A stretch of 64,000 nucleotides of DNA from Balanoglossus misakiensis (taxonomy: Eukaryota; Animalia; Hemichordata): positions 10,157,625-10,221,624 of the forward strand of contig CM082579.2 of the NCBI GenBank assembly GCA_040954595.2. The letters run 5' to 3'. Under the pieces are notes generated by a model, which worked only from the letters and a program-made list of their open reading frames with translations, searched no databases and was not told the origin of the DNA. Shown here piece by piece: positions 52,998 through 64,000 of the stretch. Made by a program: the position numbers and the translations under genes. Each line of letters starts with the position of its first letter. The stretch's first letter is position 1.

Positions 52998-54157
52998 CAT
53001 CAGCACTGTAAGCTAAGAGTAGTATCCGCATCAAATGTGATGAAACTTGGTTTCGAAACATTCTTAATTTTATGTTGAAAAATAAATCCAAAACCGGTTT
53101 CAATTCAATTCTCCTTAATAACCATTCAAACGTCACATATACCAGATGGCACAGAGATGTGATTACATATATATACTAAATGCCTGGTAGTTCACCACAC
53201 ATGAAGCAGATATTAAAACGAGAAATTGTAGTTCATGCTTGTAATGCCAAAAATCTACCTAAAATAACCAATATTTAAGCAAAATACACTGAATATGATC
53301 TCTATGACCTTTGAATGGAGTTCTTTATTGTTGTTCAGAAACTGACATTTCTCATAACATGACAACAACAAAATTTAAATGGTACGAGTAGGGCTAGCTC
53401 ATAGCAATGTCCCTGTTTTACATCAGATTTACCTGGGGCCTGGAAACGTTCATTATTGGAATTTCAGTCGGCAATACTTGAGAAGACCTCATCTGCAATA
53501 TAAAAGTTATAAAAATATAAAAATATTTTGTTCCCGCTGTTGAATTTTTTTATAAATTTGTCTCAACCAGATCCTCCATCTTTTCTTGTAACACTTGTTG
53601 AACCTATCGCCCATAAGATCAATTCTGTCTGCAGTTGAATAAAACACACGACTTTTCTCATAACATATACATTTGTGGCGGAGAGGTGACTGTGTTCACA
53701 TATAGAAGGTGACTGCATGTTTGCCGCCCAAACACTTACCTGCAATATCATATGAAAGCACACATGGGGTTGTGCCCGATCGTTGCGATGTCCGTAGTGG
53801 ACATAGAGAATAACATAGAAGATATCTTCTCTGCGTAATCTACGGATTAGTCGGTCCATTCCTTCGAACCTTTACCACCACGTCTCCTGTGGGAACAGAG
53901 CGAAAATACACTACAGTCATGTAGGTGCCCATATAAACATGACAGAAGTCAACGATATCTAGAGATCGTGTATCTATATGTGAGCACATTTTATACGAAC
54001 TTCAAATTCATTTGAGTACACCTTGGTAGTCAGGTGTAACTACCACTTCCTTTATAAATTAAATAGGTAGTCCGCCATGCAAACTTGATAGTCAATCAGC
54101 TGAAAATTCTCATGTATGCTGATGACGTTGCAGACGCAGCTGACTTTGGCTACTCAT

Positions 54158-54550
54158 TAGTCTCGGTTACCCAGACCCCCCTGCTTCTTCCGTTGGACAC
54201 TCCAGAAAGAGGGTCTGGGGAAACCCCATAGACAAATCTCCGGGCAAAGATGGCCGACTTGAGACAAAAGCGATGCATGATGGTTGCAGCCTTTAACATA
54301 AACAAAACATGCTGAGAAGTGCTGGACCTGCTGAAACTGTCTATAAATTGAAAAGAGAGAGGGAAGTTTGGTAAATAGTTTTCTTATATCGTCATGTCAT
54401 AATATCAAATGTCATAAATGTTGACCATCATGCATTGCTTTTGTCCCGAGTCGGCCATCTTTGCCCGGAGATTTGTCTATGGGGTTTCCCCAGACCCTCT
54501 TTCTGGAGTGTCCAACGGAAGAAGCAGGGGGGTCTGGGTAACCGAGACTA
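54158..54550. mobile_element. 393-bp MITE with ~126-bp TIRs and a perfect 9-bp target-site duplication
   Basis: TAGTCTCGGTTACCCAGACCCCCC ... GGGGGGTCTGGGTAACCGAGACTA; GCTACTCAT at 54149-54157 and 54551-54559. Confidence 0.9.
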
Positions 54551-55444
54551 GCTACTCATATGACATATAATAACTATTGTTGTTCAGATATGGTTTGGGA
54601 ATAGTTTTGATGGAACAACAGATTTGAGATGCAGAATTGGTTTGACATGTATTTTCCCAACGAGTAAAGGACTGCTACCAATAAGAATGGCATTCTCATG
54701 TTACAAAGCCAACTAAACTAAGTCTGTATTGTGAATTGGAGTCACAATATCAACGATAAAAGTAAACCAGCCATTCACCGCACTTAAACATATCTGCCAC
54801 ATCATATGGTTTGACCTTAGGCCAATAACGGCAATATTCAATGAAGCCTAAAATTCTGGCAGGCGTCAATTTCAAAAATATCAATCATTTGTTGCTTCCA
54901 AACAAAGCCTATAAGTAATTCCCTAAAATGTTTGTGAGAACTCGTGTTGGGTTCATGATAGATTAAGTGCAGTGAAGTCCCAGTTCAGGATTATCTGGCA
55001 GAAGTTTCAAATAATTCGCCAGACCATTGTGAAAGTCATCGGTTGACTATTAGCCCTAGCGCTGGGTGGGTTCATATCATGACTTCACAACGAATTCACC
55101 ACCACGAAGACATGAATTGGTAGAAAATCATGTTTGAGTCATTATCATGTGGCATGCTGTGTCCACGGCAAAATTTGGTAAATATTTTGCAACCGTACAA
55201 ATTCGTGTTAAGCAGGAACTTTGAGAAAGGGGTCAGCTTTGTGATCTTGCTGTGATCACAGTAATTGTAGACAAAATCGGAAGTGTGTTAAAATGATTGC
55301 TTTAATAAAGCATGTAGATATTGAGGTAGGTCCTCAGTGCAAGTTGTCGTTGTAGTAAACATAAATGTCACAGGTAAAACACTAATTTTGAACGGTATTT
55401 TCATTGTATCGGTCCGCGACATTTTGTGTCCAAAATTGTCCAAC

Positions 55445-56897
55445 TAGTCCTGTTTCAAAATGACCTACATTACACGTCCTATGCACATGTATTGCATGTT
55501 CTGATTGGTTTATCCGCTTCTCTAAGGTCCACTTGTGGCACGCTGATTGGAGGGACCTTATGTGTTAGGTCTTATTACTATGTATTATTCACTTTACAGC
55601 TCCCTGATTGGTTATTGTGTAGGTCTGGTCCTCCAGTGTTCACTGCCTCATTATGCAGGACCTTGTAGGTTAGGTCTTATTAATATGTATTTATTCACCA
55701 TACAGCTCCCTGATTGGTTAACGTGTCAGTCTGGTCCCCCCAGTGTTCACTGCCTCATTGTGAAATGTCCCATGTGCTTCCTGGCTAGCGTTGTGGTAAC
55801 ACATTATTCGGTTTGTCCGCAGATCGTTCATTGATTTTCTGAGAAATAGCCTGACTGATACTATCTCCAACATAAACCGCACCCTGGAAAGATTAAATGA
55901 TCATTTAGATGGACTTTGAAAATCTGATTTACTCATCTAAGCATTTTTGCTAACAGTTGTATATTTTTTTAATCACCCTCCTACTTCTCATCATCAATTT
56001 TATTATTGTTGTTATTACTATTTTAAAGTAAATTTGTTTTGACGAAGATGTTGTGATAAGGACCACGTTGTCCGTTTATACATTCCTATATTGTTTTCAT
56101 AAAAATGGAACTATGACGGTGCAGCTTCGTGAAAGAAGTACAATAAAAGTTATCATACCTGCAAAGCAACTAATGAGGTATCCCAAAGAAATGCAATGCT
56201 ATTCTAAACAATTCTATTGTAAGATATTTTTGGTTTGCTCGAATGAATAGCACACACTTCGTATTCAGCCAGGTGTTCCACAAAGTGATGCGCTGAAAGA
56301 CATTACGTAACAAAACACTAGCCCATTTCAACAAACCGCCCCTGGAAATAAAATACTAAATTTCTCCTGGCAATTTTTATTTCGAGTATCTAGTTCACAG
56401 TATCACATAAAATGCCATGAATAGTGAAGGAAAAGGTGAAATCCAATCAGTATATGAGTGCCTTTCTTTATACATTGGGATCGAGCTTCGACCACGCGCA
56501 GGCAGCATGCCAGACAGAATACAACAACTGTATTCAGAAAGTACAAAAGACTTTGCATAACGAGGCAGTGAAATCTGGAGACCTACACATTAACCAATCA
56601 GGGAGCTGAAAATTGAATAAATACATATTAATAAGACCTAACTTACAAGGTCCTGCATAATGAGGCAGTGAACACTGGAAGACCAGACCTACACATTAAC
56701 CAATCAGGGAGCTGTAAAGCGAATAATACATAGTAATAAGACCTAACCTACAAGGTCTAGTGAATAATACATAATAATAAGACCTAACACATAAGGTCCC
56801 TCCAATCAGCGTGCCGCAAGTGGACCTAAGATTACCAGATGGACCAATCACAGATGTCGGTACATATGTCATGGACCTGACTTATGAAACAGGACTA
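55445..56897. mobile_element. Foldback-like element with ~320-345-bp modular inverted arms
   Basis: Termini TAGTCCTGTTTCA ... TGAAACAGGACTA. Arms ~55445-55765 and ~56552-56897 are built from ~105-bp subrepeats (AGGTCTTATTA...CAGCTCCCTGATTGGTTA...TTCACTGCCTCATT). Confidence 0.75.
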
Positions 56898-57479
56898 TTA
56901 CAACTTTCCAGTGTTGACAACATCGAAATGACCTCTTTTATTGCATTAACACAATCTAAAGTAGTAACGAAACTGCTTTTGGAATGATAAAAAGTGTCTT
57001 CCTAATATTATCAGGGGAAATTTAACGAATTTAGTTTTTTTGACAAAATAACTAAGAGTACATTTTTATTTAACACATCAAATTGGCGATTCAAAAACCC
57101 ATAAGCTCACATTTAACCGTCGCTCCTAAGGCATCATGGAAAACATGGCCGCGTAACAACACAGACACGTTACAACTTACAAGTCCTTAGTCGATATTTA
57201 TCCCATCTTTGGTCCCGGGCTTTGAATTTTTATCTTTCTCATCTCAGCTTTGCTAAGGCCTGAACACAAATTTGGATATTCGCCAGCTTGTATAGATTTT
57301 TTAAAAAGTAGATATAAATATGGATGTCGTGAAAATGTCTTTCGGCGGCGTGTTCTCATATTTTTTTTCTATGTTATCCACCCCGCTGACAAATACGCTA
57401 TGAGCCCCATAAACAAGAATGTGCAATCTTATTAGACGAATAATAACAATATTTATCAAATACGCAAGTATGGATATGG

Positions 57480-58180
57480 TACATAGATATTTGTTTATAT
57501 ACTCACAGGATTGGGGGTTGTTTGTGAAAAAATTACTCTGTAATTATGGTTTTGCCGAGATATGTTCTTACCAAACTCAGTAAATGGAGAATTCTTTTTA
57601 CCTCTGTTCAAACAAAGATGTCAAGATATTTCAATACAGGAATGGCAATCTGAAATAAGATGTAGCTCAAAACTGAGTACTTACTGTATGTTTAAAAATA
57701 AGTTTTCATGCGAGAAATATTTAGAATGTATTTCAGACACTGTTTATAGATTCGCATTGTCTCGTTTTTGATTATCATCACATAATTTGAATATTGAACA
57801 GGGAAAACATGGGATTCCACGCGAACAAAGACTTTGTCCTTTTCAATCTTGTGATTCTGTAAAAGATGAGTTTCATTTTTATTGGTATGCCCAGTATATC
57901 ATTGTATTAGAGAGAGATTTATTCCAAAATTCTTCTATGACACACCCCATGAGTGGAAATTTACTTTATTACTTCAGTCAAACAAACACAGTACAAAATC
58001 TTGCCAGATATATCTTTTATGCTTTTAAACAGCGACATAAACTCTTGGATGATGATCCTGAGTAAGACTTACGAGGAACGAACCCTCAAGCGACTGTAAA
58101 CTTTGATATCCTTTTTTTGTTGTGTACAATATGGCCGGTGGCCAATAGTATTGGATAAATGTATTATTACTATTACTACT
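57480..58180 (+). mobile_element. 5'-truncated, decayed LINE 3' end (RT C-terminal region)
   Basis: Interrupted ORFs read ...QEWQSEIRCSSKLSTYCMFK...EKYL...RFALSRF*LSSHNLNIEQG...PREQRLCPF...KDEFHF, a typical non-LTR ORF2 C-terminal Cys/His region. Stop codon and frameshift present; ends in a (TAT/TAC)n tail at ~58162-58179. Confidence 0.8.
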
Positions 58181-58226
58181 CGCAGGATTTCGTTACGTTT
58201 TGCAAAAGGCAGCGCCCACTTTTTTC

Positions 58227-58811
58227 AAAATTTGTATCATGGCTTATAATCGCAAATTCAAGAGGCCGTTGTTTTATCTGTACCGCTATTGGTCACCTTT
58301 GGTCAGGTGTGGAGAATACTTGGAGACATGCCAGCACTATTTTAAGAATGCATGTTTGTCATCGGACGGGTCCACCTTAAGGTGGACCCGTCTGATGACA
58401 TTTCGATGACGACATTTCGATGACGTCCGATGACATTTTCTTGTTCTAGTTATTTGCTGACTGAAATAGCAAAGGAAGAAATTAATTTTTTTAATTTACG
58501 CAATTATATATGTATTTTTAAGAGATAAGAATATTCTATGGGTTATTCAGTAGAATAAACGTCGGATCTACAAATAGAAAACGAAACTTGAAGAAGAAAT
58601 AGCCCTCGTTAGTTCGCAGTTAAAGAACTGATCCGTCGCAACTATCCACAACAATAAAATTTGTATGGCTAATAATCGCAAATTCAAGAGGCCGTTGTTG
58701 TATCTGTACCGCTATTGGTCAGCTTTGGTCAGGTATGGACAAATACTTGGAGACATGCCAGCACTATTTTTAATGCGTGTTTGTCATCGGACGGGTTCAC
58801 CTTAAGGTGGA
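58227..58811 (+). repeat. Local direct duplication (~155-bp units at 58227-58386 and 58656-58811)
   Basis: AATCGCAAATTCAAGAGGCCGTTG...CACCTTAAGGTGGA occurs twice. Confidence 0.8.
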
Positions 58812-58852
58812 TTTCTTGCAAGAGAAGATGAAACAATATCAGGACTGCAATC

Positions 58853-61800
58853 GTTTTCCTGGAAATATGTAATTCATACACCCTCATAACATACACATGA
58901 TTTTTCATTAAAAATAACAGTTTACTGTTAGGTAACCAAGATGAGGCTTGCCTTGTTGTATTTGGTTTGTAGAACTACTGGAAAGTAAAAATGCGGTTGA
59001 TTCGTGCTTGTCAGTTGACAGTATGATATATGGAGTCTTACTGGAGCTAGTATACATGGAACATATTTCACTGATGAATACATTTTCTCAGCAATTTAAC
59101 GTAGGAACACTTACCCACAACTCATTTTAAATCGGGAAATAGATAAATACGCACATTTCAAGTTAGACTGGGATGGAAGATCTTACATCTGAAAACGCTC
59201 AAATTGGTCTTAGCATATATATATATACTAATAATTACCCAGTATATTGGCAGCATTCCAAAAAACATCTCGCCACTCCTGACGTATAGGAAATTCTGTA
59301 GCATTCAAGTGAAATGTTCATAGATCATAGGGAAAATCAGAGTAACATAACAGGTAAAGGTAGAAACACAAGAAACCCAAGCTGGCTATTCGAGTTACCG
59401 GGAAGGTTTTGATCTGCGCAACCGCAGAATGCGCCATGATCTCACTCGTGCAATACTCTTAATTGAATGTGTACAATACATGGTGTTCCATGTCCTTTGA
59501 ACTCGGTGACGACATAACTACATACCTATATGTGTTTTAAAAAAATTCCCGCCAAAACATACCGCAACAGCAGAAATATGTTAACAATTTCCGTTCAAAG
59601 GTTGTAGCGCGTTGAGGGTGTGGCTGGCAGCCAGTCCACCTGACCTGGGATAGGTAATCTCTGTTCATAGATTGGAAGCTGAGGTACCAACGATGTAATC
59701 GACAGTTCATATGCAATACTATCATGTACGTAGTTTAATGTTAAAGTCGATAGTTACTTCAACGAATTTGTTGGCGTGGATTAGTTAGATTATTTCTGCA
59801 CAGTTTCGTACGGGTTGATAAATGGAGGAAAGCCAGCGCACCTCTGAGCCAATTCCTGCTATAACTTGAGCTCGTTTTTTGGTCACAGAATTTAACATTA
59901 AGCCAGCTTTCCATTTCGTAATATTCATTACGTAGAAAATAATTTTATCAACTTGAATTCACTTAAGAAAATATAAGATTTTTGGTTTATTCGATGTATT
60001 TTCATCCATGACATAATGTCACTTTTGACATATTTTTGAAGGCGTACTGAACGCTTGTCTTCAGCTGGCACGCCGGTGTTTCCCGCCAAAACCTGACCTT
60101 GGCATTCACAAACACGAGTGGTTGATTTGTACTATTCCCGTTGCTTGGTCAGATAAATGATAGCATGTACATGAAATAACAGCTAACCAAAGTTTATGGA
60201 TATATCTGGGAAAGCATTATACTCTGATTTTCATAATCACCTGGGTTAGGAGTTGTCTCAATGTTTTATGGAACCAAAACTAGAGGGAAATTTGCTAACA
60301 CAAATATTCCGTATTGTACTTCTGTATATTAACTTTAGCTTGCTAACATTCCTAGTATTCCGCTTGTGAACAGGTTGTATGTGTGACATACGATTTCTAG
60401 TCCGGACAGTTTTCATCAATAACAAAGCTGACTGGACACATGTGGGTAGTCCTATTAATATAAGCAGCCCTTTGGGAATCCATCATTGTTGAAAATTCAA
60501 ACAGGAAATTACAGCGAAAAAAGCCCCAAAATACCGAAAAATAGCTGTAACTAAAAGTTACAGCCACTAGGCATTTAAAGCTACTGACAGTTTTCCCAAG
60601 ATTTGACTTGGGTCAACCAACTTTACAAAAACTTTCGGTATTGACCACAGATTTCAGTTTTAGCTGTTGATACGTGAGGTGTGAATATACAGAAGCGAAA
60701 AGTTAAATGAATAATTCAAAATGAACATGGGACTAGGTTCTTGACGTTGAAAAAAGACAAGGTAGAATTGTTACCGGTCAAAGTGGTTTTGGAAACTCTG
60801 GCCTAATTTTGCATTTCGGTTAACATTGGCCGATATAATTTATTGTAGTTCCAGATTTACCTAGACATATCAATAATTATTAAAGGTCTTTTTGTTTACA
60901 TGTTAATACATGTATTTAACTTGTCTTATTTTAGCAACGTTTTGTTCGAGTAAGATGCTGTTACAATAATAATTTCGGCCTGGTTAACGTTCATTTGTTT
61001 GATGTTCTCCTAATTTCTTTTTCTATGCGCCCTAACTATGCCTAAGATTGCCACGTATATCGTGAGTATTACCATAGTCGCTACAAATATCGACCAACTT
61101 CTGAGTCCCCTTGACTGAAGGACTAATAAGACATATATCATCGGCATACCTTAAATGATTGATAAAATATCCTCCAATATTACAACCTGTTTTGGAGTTC
61201 GACAACATCATACTCAACTGATCAACATAAATATTAAAAAACTTAGGTGACAAGATTCCACCTTGTTTGACACCATTAGAGACAGTGAATCCAGTAGAGG
61301 TACATGAACCCCAGCGAATGAAAATCTGCTGAGTACGATACCAACTCAAAAGAAATCTAACATCCGGCCACCCCCTCCCCCCCCCCCGGGCACTCAGCTA
61401 AGATCACCGGGGGAGCACCGAAGGAGAGACCAGGACAGGCAGTGACTCGCCTTTCGGCGACCACTATCTAATGCTCCTTTCCCCACTGAATATCATAACT
61501 AATGCAACAACAAATGTGTTTACATGCTGCCAATCTGAAAACAAAATCTTCAAGTCTGTCAATGTGTGAAGGACAGAAGTTAAATATTGCATGGTTGATA
61601 TAGAGGAACACTATCAGGACTCCTATTGTTTTCCTGGAAATATGTAATTCATACACCCTCATAACATACGCATGATTTTTCATTAAAAATAACAGTTTAC
61701 TAGTACTGTTAGGTAACCAAGATGAGACTTGCCTTGTTGTTTTTGGTTTATAGAACAACTGGAAAGTAAAAATGCGGTGGATTCGTGCTTGTCGGTTGAC

Positions 61801-62895
61801 AGTATGATATATGGAGTCTTACTGGAGCTAGTATACATTGAACATATTTCACTGATGAATATATTTTCTCAACAATTTAACGTAGGAACACTTACCCACA
61901 ACTCCTTTTAAATCGGTAAACAGATAAATATGCACATTTCAAGTTAGACTGGGATGGAAGGTCTTACATCTGAAAACGCTCAAATTGGTCTCAGCATATA
62001 TATACACATAATTATATTGGCAGCATTCCAAAAAAAACCTACCATACTGAATCTGACAGGAAAAAAATGTTGGTACATGTGGTTTATGAAAGCACTTTTT
62101 AGTATCGATCGTGATGATGGCTATACGGTGAACTTTTCGTTTAAACACGCTTTCAACGGGGACTATTTTATCTCATTTGCATATCAGCTGTAGAAAATGT
62201 CATGAAGAAAAGCCAGTGCACCTCTAAGCCAATACCGGTATAACTTGAGCTCGTTCTTTTTGGGTCACAGAATTCAACATTTAGTCAGCACTCCATTCCG
62301 AAATATGCATTACGTAGCCAATAATTTTATCAACTTTAATTCACTTAAGAAAATATGTGATTTTTTGTTATTTCGACCTATTTGTCATGAAGCTGAGCAG
62401 TGTCCGTACTGAGATTGTAGTGTATTGATAATTCTTACCTAGCTGGAGGGTCAGGCTGGCAGTCACATTTGAAAGACACTGCTGCTATATAAAGAATGGG
62501 TCATTTTGTACTCTAAAGAAGTACAGAATTAAGAGAAGCAATGACCACCAATCTTACCTGACCACCTGGTCTGGGTTAGCAACAATCTCTGTACGGAGAA
62601 TGGAAGCTGGGGTACCAACGATGTAATCGACAGTTTATATGCAATAATATCATGTACGTAGAAAGTACATGATTAGTTAGATTAGTTCTGCACAGTTTCG
62701 TACGGGTTAATAATGAAGCCAGCGCGTCTCTGAATTTAACATTTAGTCAGCTTTCAATTTCGTAATATCCATTACGTAGACAATAATTTTATCAACTTTA
62801 ATTCACTTAAGAAAATATAAGATTTTTGGTTTATTCGATGTATTTTCATCCATGACATACATGTAATGTCACTTTTGACATAATTTTGAAGGCAG
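58853..62895 (+). repeat. Tandem segmental duplication, ~2.8-2.9-kb offset
   Basis: 58853-59265 matches 61628-62035 (twin 60-aa ORFs at 58948 and 61729). 59640-60045 matches 62560-62895. A third partial copy lies at ~62205-62365. Confidence 0.8.
61032..61362 (-). mobile_element. Non-LTR retrotransposon reverse transcriptase fragment
   Basis: Translation NGVKQGGILSPKFFNIYVD...INHLRYADDICLISP carries the RT QG and YADD motifs; truncated at both ends. Confidence 0.88.
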
Positions 62896-63501
62896 ACTAG
62901 TCGAATAGCCAAGCCCTAATTTGCATACACCCAATCAACTGGCCACGTCCGTTTGAAAAGGGCGATACACAGCGCTGAACACCGTACTTTTCACAGCTCA
63001 AGTTCCAGGTTATAATAGTTGTAAAAGTAAAAAAAATCACACATGTCATTTTATTCTTAAACTATACAGATTATTTTACGCTAGACTAAACGAAACATGT
63101 CGAGTTACCGATGACTGGTTTCAGAACTTGAGTAACGACAACGCGCACACTAAAGATATATAGATGACCTCCACAGTTATAACCTCAGAATGGCTCTTCC
63201 GCCTATTGGACGTCATGCAACGGTGGCGAAATTTGTTTGCTTTGTCAGTTTTTTGAAAGCCAAAAATTTCAATTTAAACTTAAACAAGTGACCTATCGGT
63301 CAAAAGAGCTCTGCTGACTTTAACAGTGTAACCTGGGCAATGATATGAATACCCTAGGTTTAAATTCATAATAATTTCATTCTATTGAACAAAACCAAAC
63401 ATAGACATCACAAGTGTTTATCCAAATTCAGCTTGATTCATTGTGCTAAAGAAAGAAAGAATTGAATCCTAAAGAACAACACCAAAAGGAAGCACCAAGG
63501 T

Positions 63502-63983
63502 TCTAATTGGCATATTCATGACCCAATCATATCCAAATTAACAAAATCAGGTAGGGGCACCATAACACACATTCCTACCAAATTTCAGCTCCATCGTACA
63601 TGTAGTTAGGGAGAAGAAGATTTTTGACCAAAAATTCTATTTTTAGATCTAATTTGCATATTCATGACCCCATCAAATCCAAATTTACAAAATCAGGTAG
63701 GGGCACCATAAAACACATTCCTACCAAATTTCAGCTCCATTGTACATGTAGTTGTGGAGAAGAAGATTTTTACCCAAACTTCTATTTTTAGATCTAATTT
63801 GCATATTCATGACCCCCTCAAATCCAAATTAACAAAATCAGTTAAGGGCACCATAACACATATTCCAACCAAATTTCAGCAAAATATGCCAAGTTGTTTT
63901 AAAGAAGAAGATTGAAATACCAAAAGTTGACGGACGACGGACGACGGACGCCGGACGGACGGACGGACGGACGACGGACGGAC
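63502..63983 (+). repeat. ~146-bp tandem array (about 2.8 units) followed by a (GGAC/GAC)n microsatellite; Helentron-associated (HINE/DINE-like) design
   Basis: Units start at 63502, 63648 and 63793 (TCTAATTtGCATATTCATGACCC...CCAAATTTCAGC...GAAGAAGATT); GACG/GGAC repeats at 63929-63983. Confidence 0.75.
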
Positions 63984-64000
63984 ACTTATCAACCTACTGC

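Noticed and set aside
61032-61349. RT ORF as a domesticated or novel reverse-transcriptase system
   Set aside because: Only ~100 aa of a standard LINE RT, truncated at both ends, with no associated partner gene or structured RNA.
58948-61911. Twin 60-aa ORFs (MPCC.WF.E.LESKN...)
   Set aside because: TTG-initiated ORFs within a duplicated non-coding block; their similarity reflects DNA duplication, not evident protein conservation.
63502-63983. CRISPR-like array
   Set aside because: Units are contiguous 146-bp tandem repeats with no unique spacers, there are no cas genes, and the context is eukaryotic.

Overview
AT-rich, intron-rich animal genomic DNA, not prokaryotic. Gene content, microsatellites and MITE families suggest a marine invertebrate, possibly a non-vertebrate deuterostome; this is inference only. 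Genes were reconstructed by hand from splice sites and reading phases: (1) the 3' exons of a WSCD1/2-family sulfotransferase (+, 812-2674); (2) an uncharacterised six-exon gene of about 300 aa (-, 17726-7242); (3) EXOC1/Sec3 (+, 19122-36811, about 870 aa), head-to-head with gene 2, with a GC-AG intron, two frame-preserving small exons, and a candidate extra 18-nt regulated microexon flanked by UGC and nine TGCATG motifs; (4, 5) two tandem two-exon, membrane-anchored type-B carboxylesterase genes (-), one of which has Gln where the catalytic His aligns. The last ~18 kb is gene-poor and repeat-rich: a 1.1-kb near-perfect inverted duplication, a MITE with a 9-bp TSD, a Foldback-like element, LINE fragments, local duplications and a 146-bp tandem array. 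No unambiguous new biological system is evident. The best leads are the EXOC1 microexon, the possible enzyme/pseudoenzyme esterase pair and the uncharacterised gene on the bidirectional promoter.
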